The notes under the pieces are model-generated. The model was not told the origin of the DNA. It did not search any database and worked only from the letters and a program-made list of their open reading frames with translations. The position numbers and the translations under genes are program-made. A DNA stretch of 64,000 nt from an archaeon (GTDB lineage: Archaea; Nanobdellota; Nanobdellia; Pacearchaeales; GW2011-AR1). Numbering within the stretch: the stretch's first letter is position 1; every line of letters begins with the position of its first letter. The stretch covers positions 193,544-257,543 of the forward strand of contig DAHWKL010000002.1 in assembly GCA_027343665.1 (NCBI GenBank), given 5' to 3'. This document shows positions 36,857-46,449 of this stretch, in pieces.

Positions 36857-37657
36857 ATGGGGCTTCAAAATAAAATGAAAAATATGAGAAATCTTTTTTA
36901 TGCTCTTCTTGGATCATCAATGATCATTTCAGGATGCGCTTCAAGCAATCTTATCATGGGTATTTATAATCCAAAAAATGGATTATTTGAATCAAAGAAT
37001 ACAAGATTGGATGAAAAGGTAATAAACAGGCACATAGAAGATTTCAGCATAAAAGATCTGCAATTGTACGCTTATGCTGATTTTCTCGAAGGAATCACCA
37101 GGTTTTCAAGATTAAGGATGGGTCCTGCGGTTTATTGGGATAGTCTGATCACAGAGAGGATTGAGAATAATCTGAAACTAATAGCAAAAGTTGACACCTC
37201 AAAAGATCTATTAATAGAAAAACAATATCCCGCAATAAAGAAGGTCACATCTGAACTTGACTCTTTGTATAATGAAGATCCAAATCCAGATTATGAAAGA
37301 TTTGAAAACACTTATATCCATATCGGTAAGAACATAGATGATATGAGGGATAACACAAACCTCACACTTGAAGAAGTTCTTTCAGGTAAAGGGGGGGTCT
37401 GCTTAGATATGGTCTCAACTTATTGCCCGTTCCTTCTGTATTATGGATTCGATGCGGGATTTGAAGCAGACAGCATAATAGGCGATAAAGATTATCACAC
37501 ATGGATAAATATGAAAAACGATGAGAACGAATTTGATTTGGATCCCACCTGGTATGATAACGAACCAATTCCTCTTAAAGTAAGACTACCAAAAACAGTA
37601 ATCAATATTCCAGAAAGGCAATTAATAACAAGAAAAGAAATTCTAAAAGAAAAATAA
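36857..37657 (+). CDS. lipoprotein with transglutaminase-like Cys-His-Asp triad
   Basis: Lipobox-like ISGC; GGVCLD, YHTW, LDPTW; start may be at a later Met. Confidence 0.78.
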   Translation: MGLQNKMKNMRNLFYALLGSSMIISGCASSNLIMGIYNPKNGLFESKNTRLDEKVINRHIEDFSIKDLQLYAYADFLEGITRFSRLRMGPAVYWDSLITERIENNLKLIAKVDTSKDLLIEKQYPAIKKVTSELDSLYNEDPNPDYERFENTYIHIGKNIDDMRDNTNLTLEEVLSGKGGVCLDMVSTYCPFLLYYGFDAGFEADSIIGDKDYHTWINMKNDENEFDLDPTWYDNEPIPLKVRLPKTVINIPERQLITRKEILKEK

Positions 37658-37660
37658 TAA

Positions 37661-37894
37661 TCACTTCTTCTCTTCAAAATTCACGCCAAGCTCACTGAGT
37701 CTTGAAAGATGCAATTGCATTATTTTCTCCACATTTTGTACAATCCTCAATAGTTCTGTCCTTTCCGCCGCTAAGGTATTTAGTGCCCCTTCATGAAAAC
37801 TTATCTCTGATTCCTTACTCTTTGTTAAGATCTCTCCCTTTTCACTTCCCTTTTTTGAAAGCGCCTTTTCAAGATTATCTTTATTTACTTCCAT
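37661..37894 (-). CDS. small coiled-coil hypothetical protein
   Basis: 77 aa, GGAGG RBS upstream. Confidence 0.65.
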   Translation of the reverse strand: MEVNKDNLEKALSKKGSEKGEILTKSKESEISFHEGALNTLAAERTELLRIVQNVEKIMQLHLSRLSELGVNFEEKK

Positions 37895-38163
37895 TTTCCA
37901 GTTCCTCCTTTCAACCTTCTCTCAAGATTTATGTGCCTTCCGTATCTATTGCCTAAAGCCATCTTGGAAGATTTGGAATAAGCAGGGAAAAAATCTTTTC
38001 TTGAATAGTTCTCTCCGGAATAGGTCATATTGTAATTCAAGCGGTCCTTCTCATTGAAGAATCTTTTTTGGGATCCCACAAGATTGAAATTGAACAAAAA
38101 CTGAAAATCGCTTCTCCCAAGAACAGCCATAAACAGATAATAAATCGAAGGGAAGTTTTCCAT
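37885..38163 (-). CDS. hypothetical protein
   Basis: 92 aa, overlaps downstream start, TATA-like element upstream. Confidence 0.5.
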   Translation of the reverse strand: MENFPSIYYLFMAVLGRSDFQFLFNFNLVGSQKRFFNEKDRLNYNMTYSGENYSRKDFFPAYSKSSKMALGNRYGRHINLERRLKGGTGKWK

Positions 38164-38199
38164 ATTCTGGATAAAAAACTATGATTTTTAAAATTAATG

Positions 38200-38412
38200 C
38201 TATTTTCCTTTTTGTAGTGAGCTATAGATTAAATAGAAAAATATTCCAAAGACAGCACCCCAGATTATATTTGCGTAAAGTGGAAGTTTTGAGTGACAAC
38301 TTGTAGGATAAGTAAGAAAACAGAATATGAATACAAACTGAAGTATGAGAAACACTGCAACTGCTAAAATGGCAGAAAACGATGTCTTCAAAAAGGTAGG
38401 CTTGAAATTCAT
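38200..38412 (-). CDS. small 2-TM membrane protein
   Basis: FKPT..K N-terminus, Cys pair in loop, YLIYS C-terminus. Confidence 0.65.
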   Translation of the reverse strand: MNFKPTFLKTSFSAILAVAVFLILQFVFIFCFLTYPTSCHSKLPLYANIIWGAVFGIFFYLIYSSLQKGK

Positions 38413-38439
38413 TAGTCTAGAATGAATTTGGGGTTTAAA

Positions 38440-39363
38440 TTATTTTTTGTGGATTAATTCCTGGTAATATTTTTCAGCTTCGAGAGCTGCCTGGCAACCG
38501 GTTCCTGCTGCGGTTATTGCCTGCTTGTAAATGTGATCTTGAACATCTCCTGCTGCAAAAACCCCTGAAAGATTTGTTCTTCTTCTTTCATCCGTCTTTA
38601 CGAATCCGAATTGATCAAGTTCAATCAAACCATTAAATATATCAACATTTGGAACATGACCTATCGCAAGAAAAACACCATCAATTTTGTGATTTGAAGT
38701 CTCACCGGTCTGCGTATTTTTGATGATAACTTCTTTTAAAGGAGGTTCTCCAACAATACCTGCAATTTCAGAATTCCACATAAAGCCTATTTTAGAGTTG
38801 GATTTTACTTTTTCCTGCATTATTTTACTTGCTTTAAGTTCATCTCTTCTATGAACGATGGTCACTTTTTTTGCAAATTTGGTCAGGAAATTTGCCTCTT
38901 CACATGCACTATCCCCCCCTCCAACAACGAAGATCTCCTTGCCTTTATAGAAAAATCCGTCACATGTGGCACAAGTATGGAGACCGCGACCCTGAAACTT
39001 TTTTTCATTAGGTATGCCAAGCCATCTTGCAGAAGCTCCAGTAGAGATAATTACAACGGGCGAGGTATACTTCTCTTTTCCGACAGAAATTTCGTAACCC
39101 CCCTTAGACTTTTTGAATCCGGTAACACTCTTTTCAATGACTCTTGCGCCGAATTTTTCAGCCTGTTTTTTCATATTTTGAACCAGTTCCGGACCCATTA
39201 TCCCATCGGGAAAACCGGGAAAATTTTCAACAGTTGTGGTCAACATAAGTTGCCCCCCTTCTTCAGCTCCAGTAAAAATAAGAGGTTCGAGTTCAGCTCT
39301 TGCGGCATAGATTGCTGCTGTCCATCCCGAGACTCCTGCGCCTATAATAATCAATTTTTCCAT
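38440..39363 (-). CDS. trxB: thioredoxin-disulfide reductase
   Basis: IIGAG, GGQL..TT.VENFPGF, CATCDG, VGGGDSA, AAGD...QAITAAG. Confidence 0.96.
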   Translation of the reverse strand: MEKLIIIGAGVSGWTAAIYAARAELEPLIFTGAEEGGQLMLTTTVENFPGFPDGIMGPELVQNMKKQAEKFGARVIEKSVTGFKKSKGGYEISVGKEKYTSPVVIISTGASARWLGIPNEKKFQGRGLHTCATCDGFFYKGKEIFVVGGGDSACEEANFLTKFAKKVTIVHRRDELKASKIMQEKVKSNSKIGFMWNSEIAGIVGEPPLKEVIIKNTQTGETSNHKIDGVFLAIGHVPNVDIFNGLIELDQFGFVKTDERRRTNLSGVFAAGDVQDHIYKQAITAAGTGCQAALEAEKYYQELIHKK

Positions 39364-39442
39364 TCCAATCCAACGGAAAAATCATTTAAATATTTTTGTT
39401 AGTATTGAAGAAAACTGCTGAATTTTTGCAGTTGCGCTAAGT

Positions 39443-39976
39443 TCATGGATTGCAGCTGACATCCTCCAAAACCTGGGCGCTGCTGCAAAGAGCAAAATTT
39501 TCAGAGCTTCCCTGTGTCTCAAGTCTTGCGGGTATAATTTCAACTGAATAAATCTTTGTCCCGGCAGAAAGATTAAATATGTTGAGGGATTGCTTTCCAA
39601 GATCAAGCCCTACATTCAGATACCTTTTATTGAAAAGTATATAACTCTGCACAGTCATGCCGCTTTGATTGGCATTTTTGGCATAATAATTTGAGAGATC
39701 ATAGGTTGCAAGCGTCTGGCTTGCATTCGTAGTTGCATGAATAGTATACCCGCTTACATAGAATTTTCCGTTGTTTTCAAGAGTTATATTAAATTGGTTT
39801 GAAGTACAGTTATATGAATAACTTTTTATGAGGAGGGAAATACCATCTGGACATGAGACCGTATCGGAAGGGACATAAGTTTTAAGATAATTATACACCA
39901 AAACGCTCAAGATTATTCCAAAAGTGATAAGAAGGACATATCCTACTACTACACTTACACCTCTCTTATTTGCCAT
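39443..39976 (-). CDS. archaeal type IV pilin
   Basis: NKRG|VSVVVGYVLLI. Confidence 0.88.
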   Translation of the reverse strand: MANKRGVSVVVGYVLLITFGIILSVLVYNYLKTYVPSDTVSCPDGISLLIKSYSYNCTSNQFNITLENNGKFYVSGYTIHATTNASQTLATYDLSNYYAKNANQSGMTVQSYILFNKRYLNVGLDLGKQSLNIFNLSAGTKIYSVEIIPARLETQGSSENFALCSSAQVLEDVSCNP

Positions 39977-40054
39977 AATGAGAAAAAGCTCCCCAATTTT
40001 ATAAACTTATTTGGCGGATGTAGAAACTCTTATAAGGGAAGCCGGAGTTTAAAA

Positions 40055-40759
40055 TTGATGGAGATAGAACCAGGAGATATCCTTGTATGCACTGTTGACA
40101 AAATAGTTGGTACAGTCGTTTTTGTGGATATAGAGGGTACTGATAAAAAAGGAACAATAATTTTTAGTGAAGTTGCCGCAGGGAGGATAAGAAATCTCCG
40201 AGATTATGTAGTCCCAAAAAAAGTAATAATATGCAAAGTTCTGAGGGTAATAAATGATCATGTAGAATTGTCTTTGAGAAGGGTACGCGACAAAGAGAAA
40301 AAAGAAGCGCTCGAAAGAAGTAAATTGGAAAAAAGTTCATTAAGCATATTAAAATCAATCTTAAAGGACAGGACAATAGAATTGATAAAAAAGATAGAAG
40401 AGAAAACTTCGATACATGAATTCCTCGAAGAAGCGAAGAATGATCCAAAGGACTTGAAAAAGATTGTTGGAGAGGAAGACGCAAAGAAGATAATGGAAAT
40501 TATCATGAAACAAAAAGAGAAGAAAGTCTATCTAAAAAAAGAGATTCATTTAGTCTCAAAGAGTCCAGAAGGACTTAAAATCATAAAAGAAGTCTTATCT
40601 GAAGACGGAAAAGTCACAATAAAATATCTCGCAGCAGGAAGGTATTCAATCAATTCGGAAGGAGAGAGTTTAAAAAAAGCTGATCAGAGGATAAGAGAGA
40701 CCATTGATAGGATAGAAAAGTCCGCAAAAAAGAAAGATTTGGAATTTTCGTATGATTAA
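40055..40759 (+). CDS. eif2a: translation initiation factor aIF2 alpha
   Basis: S1 domain SEVAAGRIRNLRDYV, ELSLRRV; C-terminal YLAAGRY. Confidence 0.9.
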   Translation: MMEIEPGDILVCTVDKIVGTVVFVDIEGTDKKGTIIFSEVAAGRIRNLRDYVVPKKVIICKVLRVINDHVELSLRRVRDKEKKEALERSKLEKSSLSILKSILKDRTIELIKKIEEKTSIHEFLEEAKNDPKDLKKIVGEEDAKKIMEIIMKQKEKKVYLKKEIHLVSKSPEGLKIIKEVLSEDGKVTIKYLAAGRYSINSEGESLKKADQRIRETIDRIEKSAKKKDLEFSYD

Positions 40760-40818
40760 GCAAATATCACTAAAAAAAGATAAGAAATACTTAAATACCC
40801 TAATTTTTATAAAGAGTC

Positions 40819-41211
40819 ATGGAAAGCGCTAAGTTTAAAGTGAAGATAGTTGGAGTCATTTTTGATCCAAAAAAGAGAAAGATACTTATTGGGAAAGGAA
40901 AAGGAGAGAAAAGATACTCTTTCCTTGAAGGAAACCTTGTTCCTGAAGAAGAAATAGATAAGGAATTAAAAAGATTAACAAAGGAAAAGACAGGTTTCAT
41001 AATACACAATCTCGGAACCATTTACTCTGAGAATGCCCTTCCGGATAAAGAAGAAATTAAAATCTATTTCCTGTGCGAAGCGACTGAAGGAGAAGAAAAA
41101 AAAGGTCAAAATGTAGAAGAGCTCGTGTGGATAAAACCTTCAGAAGCAGAGAAAAAACTTGAAGTGAAATTCCCCACAAGATTAAGGGAATTCGTGACAG
41201 GATTACAATAA
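40819..41211 (+). CDS. Nudix-fold protein with degenerate Nudix box
   Basis: KILIGK...EGNLVPEEEIDKELKRLTKEKTG...EELVWIK. Confidence 0.78.
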   Translation: MESAKFKVKIVGVIFDPKKRKILIGKGKGEKRYSFLEGNLVPEEEIDKELKRLTKEKTGFIIHNLGTIYSENALPDKEEIKIYFLCEATEGEEKKGQNVEELVWIKPSEAEKKLEVKFPTRLREFVTGLQ

Positions 41212-41215
41212 TCTC

Positions 41216-41347
41216 ATGAAACTGAAAAAGTGCAAGAATTGTTCTTCATACACCTTAAAAGAAGAATGCGGGAAGTGCAGCGGAAAAACTAGCGATGCTC
41301 ATTACAAATTTATAAAGCCTGGAATGAAAAGAATTTTTACTGAATGA
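41216..41347 (+). CDS. nop10: Nop10-like zinc-ribbon protein (43 aa)
   Basis: Hand translation MKLKKCKNCSSYTLKEECGKCSGKTSDAHYKF...; conserved position after aIF2-alpha. Confidence 0.8.
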   Translation: MKLKKCKNCSSYTLKEECGKCSGKTSDAHYKFIKPGMKRIFTE

Positions 41348-41390
41348 AGCCCGGGAAAACTTATATAGAGTAGTATATTGAATTTTATGT

Positions 41391-43241
41391 ATGGATTCAG
41401 AAGACAAAAAGAGCATATTTTCGCTCCTGCAAAAAAGCAGATATTCTGAAGGTCAGACCGATCTTATAAAAAAAACTCTTGCTTATCTTGATGAGAAAAA
41501 TTCAAAAAACGTAAAGGCGATTTCTGAAATATTAAAATATCTCACTGGAATGGAAGTAGACAAAAGCGGGATCATTGCAGGACTCCTCGTTATGGATTAT
41601 GAAGATGCAGACAAAAAAAAGATAAAAGAGGATTTTGGTGAAGAAGTTCTGGAAATTCTTGAAGAAAAAACGAAGCTATCTAATATCATATCTAAATCAA
41701 AAGAAAAAAACGAGTTTACCAGGGAAGTCATTATTTCATCAGCGGATTATATAGAGTCTATAATTCTTGAACTGATAACTAAACTTGTCTTGCTAAAAGA
41801 TTCATCAGACAAAGAACTAGCAAAACTCGCTATGGAAGATTATGCACCTCTTGCTAACAGGCTTGGTTTTGAAAAGATAAAGAAAGAGATAATAAATAAT
41901 TCATTCAGGATCCTTAATCCAAAGAAATATGAAGAGATCTCTAAATTTTTAAAAATGTCCGAAAAGGAAAGAGAGAATTATATAAAAAAGACCATCGAAG
42001 AATTGAAATATTATATAGGAAAAAGCATAAAGAGCTTTGAGATAAAAGGGAGAGAGAAACAGATTTACAGCATTTACGAAAAGATAACAAAAAGGAAAGT
42101 TCCATTAAATGAACAAAAAGACCAATTTGGGATAAGGATTATAACGAATTCGGCCGAAGATTGTTATAAAGCTTTTGAAATTCTCGGGGAGAGGTACCCC
42201 GTACTTGAAGAGACGGTGAAAGACTATATAAAAGAACCAAAAAAAAATGGATATCAGTCCCTGCATTTTTGCATAAGGAAAAATGACAAAATCATTGAAG
42301 TGCAGGTAAGGACAAAAGAGATGGATGAAATAGCGGAAGAAGGTGCCGCATCACATTGGGCTTACAAAAAAATTAGCGGAGATATAAAATTTGAGAAGAA
42401 AACTGCATGGTACAAAGAACTGCTTAAGCTCAAAGACAAAAAAAGTTCGATGCTAGACGGTCTTAAGATAGGACTTTTCAAAGACAAGATTTATTGCTAT
42501 ACTCCAAAAGGGAAAATGATTCAGCTCCCGATTGGTTCGACTGCTCTTGACTTCGCTTATAGCATCCATGCCCAGATAGGAAATAGTTCTGTCGGAGCAA
42601 AAGTTAATGACAAATTTGCCCCGTTAAAAACTGAATTGAAAAATGGAGACAGTGTGGAGATTTTGACAAACAAATTTCAAAGACCAAGGAGGGATTGGCT
42701 CAAATTCGTAAAGACAAAATATGCAAAAAAGATTATAGCTAAGGAAATCAAAAAAATAGAAAATATCCCGGTCCCGAATATAAAAAATAGAGAAGAAGAA
42801 AATGAAGAGGGAATTGAAATTCCTGCGGTAATACCTGATTTCCCAAGCCATATATTAAACTTCGCAAAATGCTGCAACCCTCTCCCGGGAGATGAAATTA
42901 CGGGGATATTAAGATCTTATAAAAGGGCACTCGTGCACAAAAAAAAGTGTGAAAGAATAGGCGATGCAAGAAAAAATGAAGTAAAGGCTGAATGGAAGGA
43001 TAAATTTGAAGATCCGATAAAAGTTTTCGTCGCGACATCAGACAGATCCGGTATTCTCGCTGATATAATAAACACAATCTCAAGGAAAGGGTTCAAAATA
43101 ACAGAAGCCAATGGGAAGCTCACAGGAAATAACACTGCAGAATGCTATTTCGTGGTGTCCATTAATGAGCTTAAAGATTTAAAAGAAGTCATATCAGGAA
43201 TAAAAAAAATAAAAGATGTGAGAAAAATATGGCTTGATTGA
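41391..43241 (+). CDS. long RelA/SpoT homologue (pseudo-HD, SYNTH, TGS, ZFD, ACT)
   Basis: YAPLANRLG, GREKQIYSI, KDYIKEPKKNGYQSLH, EVQVRT, GAASHWAYK, TPKG..LP..STALDFAY, AKCCNPLPGD, DRSGILADI. Confidence 0.93.
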   Translation: MDSEDKKSIFSLLQKSRYSEGQTDLIKKTLAYLDEKNSKNVKAISEILKYLTGMEVDKSGIIAGLLVMDYEDADKKKIKEDFGEEVLEILEEKTKLSNIISKSKEKNEFTREVIISSADYIESIILELITKLVLLKDSSDKELAKLAMEDYAPLANRLGFEKIKKEIINNSFRILNPKKYEEISKFLKMSEKERENYIKKTIEELKYYIGKSIKSFEIKGREKQIYSIYEKITKRKVPLNEQKDQFGIRIITNSAEDCYKAFEILGERYPVLEETVKDYIKEPKKNGYQSLHFCIRKNDKIIEVQVRTKEMDEIAEEGAASHWAYKKISGDIKFEKKTAWYKELLKLKDKKSSMLDGLKIGLFKDKIYCYTPKGKMIQLPIGSTALDFAYSIHAQIGNSSVGAKVNDKFAPLKTELKNGDSVEILTNKFQRPRRDWLKFVKTKYAKKIIAKEIKKIENIPVPNIKNREEENEEGIEIPAVIPDFPSHILNFAKCCNPLPGDEITGILRSYKRALVHKKKCERIGDARKNEVKAEWKDKFEDPIKVFVATSDRSGILADIINTISRKGFKITEANGKLTGNNTAECYFVVSINELKDLKEVISGIKKIKDVRKIWLD

Positions 43242-43290
43242 TTGTTTTCCGATGTAATTAATTATAAATTAAAAAAATGAATACTTCAAT

Positions 43291-43698
43291 ATGATTGCAA
43301 AAAAACCGGTAATTTATGTGAAAGAATTCACCTCTGAAACGCACTGCAATGACACATCCTTTCACGGAAGCCCTAATATAAGATCATCTCAGGGAATAAG
43401 CAAAGAAGATAAAGAATTAAGGAAAGCAATCATTTCAAAATATTCTTTTAATGTTAAGAATTACTCAAAATGTAATGAGGAACATGAAGGGTTTGATGGA
43501 AGAGAACAATATACCTTCAGGATTTTTTCTGAATTTCCTGAAGGAACACAAGACAATCCTGGGACCAATGTAAAGTATAAAACTCTATTTTCAATAACCA
43601 AGTGTGGAAGCCCGCAGGATGTCAGATTAAATCGGGTTTCTGATCTTGAAGAAGAACTTTTATCAAATAAATTTGAAAAAGTGAAACTCGAAGATTAA
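43291..43698 (+). CDS. hypothetical protein
   Basis: 135-aa ORF, TATA-like TTATAAA upstream. Confidence 0.6.
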   Translation: MIAKKPVIYVKEFTSETHCNDTSFHGSPNIRSSQGISKEDKELRKAIISKYSFNVKNYSKCNEEHEGFDGREQYTFRIFSEFPEGTQDNPGTNVKYKTLFSITKCGSPQDVRLNRVSDLEEELLSNKFEKVKLED

Positions 43699-44291
43699 AA
43701 CAATGTTTTCTGCACTGAATTTTCTTTTATCTCTTTTTTAACAATTTCCATATCTTTTTCCCACAAAGGAAGAAGAGACTGTTTGTAGATTATAGCCGCA
43801 GGATGGAAAAGAGGAATGAGCTTAACTTCCATACCATTTATCTTTACAGTCCTTACTTTCCCATGAAGATTAGTGATTCCCGGTTGTTTGTCCATCTCAT
43901 CAACATTGCACCCTGAGAAGAAAAATTTTGTAGCATAATTCCCGAGCGAACATATGACTTTTGGTTTTATCTCCTTTATCTGTTCTAAAAGCCAGGGTGT
44001 ATGAGCTTTTATTTCATCAGGTAATGGATCTCTGTTTTCGGGGGGGCGGCACTTCAGAATGTTGGCAATATAAACATCTTCCAATGAAAGCCCAACTTTT
44101 TTCAAAAGTTCATCCAGGTTCTTTCCGGCCTTGCCAACAAAAGGTATTCCTTGCAAGTCTTCTTCTCTTCCTGGGGCCTCACCAACAAAAAGAATTTTGG
44201 CTTTGATATTCCCTTTCCCAATAACAATATTTGTACATCTTTTGCAGATTTCTGTCGTTTTCACAAGTCTGACATACTCTGGTTCATCCAT
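43695..44291 (-). CDS. uracil-DNA glycosylase family 4
   Basis: GEAPG..ED..G.PFVG, NILKCRPP.NR, HPA. Confidence 0.93.
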   Translation of the reverse strand: MDEPEYVRLVKTTEICKRCTNIVIGKGNIKAKILFVGEAPGREEDLQGIPFVGKAGKNLDELLKKVGLSLEDVYIANILKCRPPENRDPLPDEIKAHTPWLLEQIKEIKPKVICSLGNYATKFFFSGCNVDEMDKQPGITNLHGKVRTVKINGMEVKLIPLFHPAAIIYKQSLLPLWEKDMEIVKKEIKENSVQKTLF

Positions 44292-44339
44292 TGAAAAATA
44301 AAAACAAATCTTTTTAAATAAATTTTCTTTTGAAATTAC

Positions 44340-44918
44340 ATGGAAAGAACTTTAGTACTAATAAAACCTGACGGAGTTCAAAGAGGCCTTGTCGGAGAGA
44401 TAATAAAAAGATTTGAGAATACTGGGCTCAAGATTATCGGCATGAAAATGGTTTATGCTGATGAAGATAAAGCTTCGAAACATTATGCAGATGATGAGGA
44501 ATGGCTGAAAAGCGTAGGAGAGAAGACTCTCAGATCGGCAGAGAAAAAAGGGATAAAGATAGAAAGAACCGCCATTGAGCAAGGCCGCTGGATAAGAGAA
44601 ATGCTTATGAGTTATCTTACGATGAGTCCCCTGGTTGCGTTGGCTCTTGAGGGAAATGAGGCAGTCTCAAAAGTAAGGATGATAACAGGGCCAACTAACC
44701 CGCAAGAAGCCCTGCCCGGAACTATAAGGGGGGATTTTTCGGTTGATTCATATATGCTGGGAGATTCACTTGAAAGGCCAATACAAAATTTGATTCATGC
44801 TTCAGAAAGTCCTAAAGAAGCTGAAAGAGAATTAAAAATATGGTTCAATGACAAAGAGTTGCATTTTTTCAAAAGGGTTGACGAAGATTTGATTTACAGA
44901 AGGGGAAGCAAAAAATAA
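44340..44918 (+). CDS. ndk: nucleoside diphosphate kinase
   Basis: ERTLVLIKPDGVQR, PGTIRGDF, NLIHASE. Confidence 0.95.
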   Translation: MERTLVLIKPDGVQRGLVGEIIKRFENTGLKIIGMKMVYADEDKASKHYADDEEWLKSVGEKTLRSAEKKGIKIERTAIEQGRWIREMLMSYLTMSPLVALALEGNEAVSKVRMITGPTNPQEALPGTIRGDFSVDSYMLGDSLERPIQNLIHASESPKEAERELKIWFNDKELHFFKRVDEDLIYRRGSKK

Positions 44919-44967
44919 TTTTCGGAATCAAAACCTTTAATTAACCAGAGATTTCTTAATCTATTGT

Positions 44968-45039
44968 GTCCCCATAGTTCAACGGACAGAACATAGCGTT
45001 GCGGTCGCTAAAATCGGGGTTCAATTCCTCGTGGGGATG
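44968..45039 (+). tRNA. tRNA-Arg(GCG)
   Basis: GTCCCCA/TGGGGAT acceptor, TAGCG-TTGCGGT-CGCTA anticodon arm. Confidence 0.92.
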
Positions 45040-45314
45040 TCGAGATCATTAAAAGGAATGAATTCGCCGGAGTGTTTTACCTCAAATTCTTTCATTTGGT
45101 CTCTTCTTATAACAACATTACTTCTCCCATCGTCAAAGTATTCTTCAAGATTCTTCCCGGTCAGGAAAAAACCGTCAAGTGAAGCTATCGACTTTTCGGG
45201 TTCACACCTCGGTCTTATGTAAAGGATAGTATCATAACTGGAGTTAGGATTAGGAAGTTTTTCCCTAGAAGGATCATAAAATTTTCCAAAGAGATATAAA
45301 AACTCCTTTGCCAT
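45021..45314 (-). CDS. hypothetical protein whose 3' end overlaps tRNA-Arg antisense
   Basis: Starts 4 nt after radA stop; stop codon lies inside the tRNA T-arm. Confidence 0.55.
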   Translation of the reverse strand: MAKEFLYLFGKFYDPSREKLPNPNSSYDTILYIRPRCEPEKSIASLDGFFLTGKNLEEYFDDGRSNVVIRRDQMKEFEVKHSGEFIPFNDLDIPTRN

Positions 45315-45318
45315 AATT

Positions 45319-46347
45319 TTACTCCTTGTCCTTTATGCCGTAATTTGTCACGTAATATATCGCTTCTCCATCAGGCAAATTTGGACTATCTATAAGTTTT
45401 GCCACTCTGGACCCTTGCTTTGCACGTCTCAGATACATTCTGAACGTTGATGCATGTCCGACAATATTTCCGCCTATTGCAGTAGTTGGATCTCCAAAAA
45501 GCTGCGCAGGATTTGCCATTACTTGATTTGTAACATAAACTGCAAGATTGTGAGTTTCAGCAAGCTTCATAAGATCATGCATATACCTGTTAAGTTTCTG
45601 CTGTCTGTCCGCAAGTTGCCCTCTCCCCGAGAATTCAGCTCTGAAATGAGCGGTCAGCGAATCAACTATTACAATTTTTATTGGCTCACCTGATTTTATA
45701 AGATCCCCTACTTTTTCCAAAAGAAGCATCTGATGGTCTGAGTTGAAAGCTCTTGCAACAAGAATATTTTTCAATACCATTTCCGGATTTGCACCCAAGC
45801 CTTCAGCAATCTGCCTTATTCTCTGAGGTCTGAAAGTTCCTTCAGTATCAATATAAACTGCTTTTCCACCCGCGCCACCTTGCTCAAGAGGCAGTTGCAC
45901 ATTAACAGCAAGTGAAAGTCCAAGCTGCGTTTTCCCAGAACCATAAGCCCCAAAAGCCTCTGTTATAGCTCTTGACTCTATCCCCTTTCCACCCAGAAGT
46001 TCATCGAGATTCTTGCTTCCAGTAGTTATGTAAGACACACTCGCTCTTTTCTTAGCAAATTCCATCCCATCAGAGAATCCAAGTTCAAGAGCGCTTCTTG
46101 CCGCTTGTATTGCTTTTCTTGCGACAGCGCTCGAAACTCCCGCAGCATCCGCAAGTGCTGTCGGACTCATTACAGCAAGACCCATCATGTCAAAGACGCC
46201 TGCACTTTCAAGCTTTGCAAGTGCTGCCGGGCCTATCCCCGGAAGATCTGTAAGCTCTGGGACTTTATCCTCTTTCTTCTTTTTTGCTGATTTTTCGTCC
46301 TCATCAGAAATAGCATCTTTTATTTCATCAACTTCCTTCTTAGCCAT
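45319..46347 (-). CDS. radA: DNA repair and recombination protein RadA
   Basis: HhH LPGIGP, GAYGSGKTQ, IDTEGTFRP, VDSL, RQQKLN, TNQV, GGNIVGH. Confidence 0.97.
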   Translation of the reverse strand: MAKKEVDEIKDAISDEDEKSAKKKKEDKVPELTDLPGIGPAALAKLESAGVFDMMGLAVMSPTALADAAGVSSAVARKAIQAARSALELGFSDGMEFAKKRASVSYITTGSKNLDELLGGKGIESRAITEAFGAYGSGKTQLGLSLAVNVQLPLEQGGAGGKAVYIDTEGTFRPQRIRQIAEGLGANPEMVLKNILVARAFNSDHQMLLLEKVGDLIKSGEPIKIVIVDSLTAHFRAEFSGRGQLADRQQKLNRYMHDLMKLAETHNLAVYVTNQVMANPAQLFGDPTTAIGGNIVGHASTFRMYLRRAKQGSRVAKLIDSPNLPDGEAIYYVTNYGIKDKE

Positions 46348-46449
46348 GGATAATCAAAAAGGTTTTCATTTATAAAGTTTATAACGATTAAGAATATATT
46401 TTGAAATGCAATTTGACAAATTTAAAAATAACAGGTTCTTAGATTAATA

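Noticed and set aside
45319-46347. Bacterial radA(sms)-disA partnership
   Set aside because: This is the archaeal Rad51-like RadA, not Sms, and it lies about 36 kb from disA.
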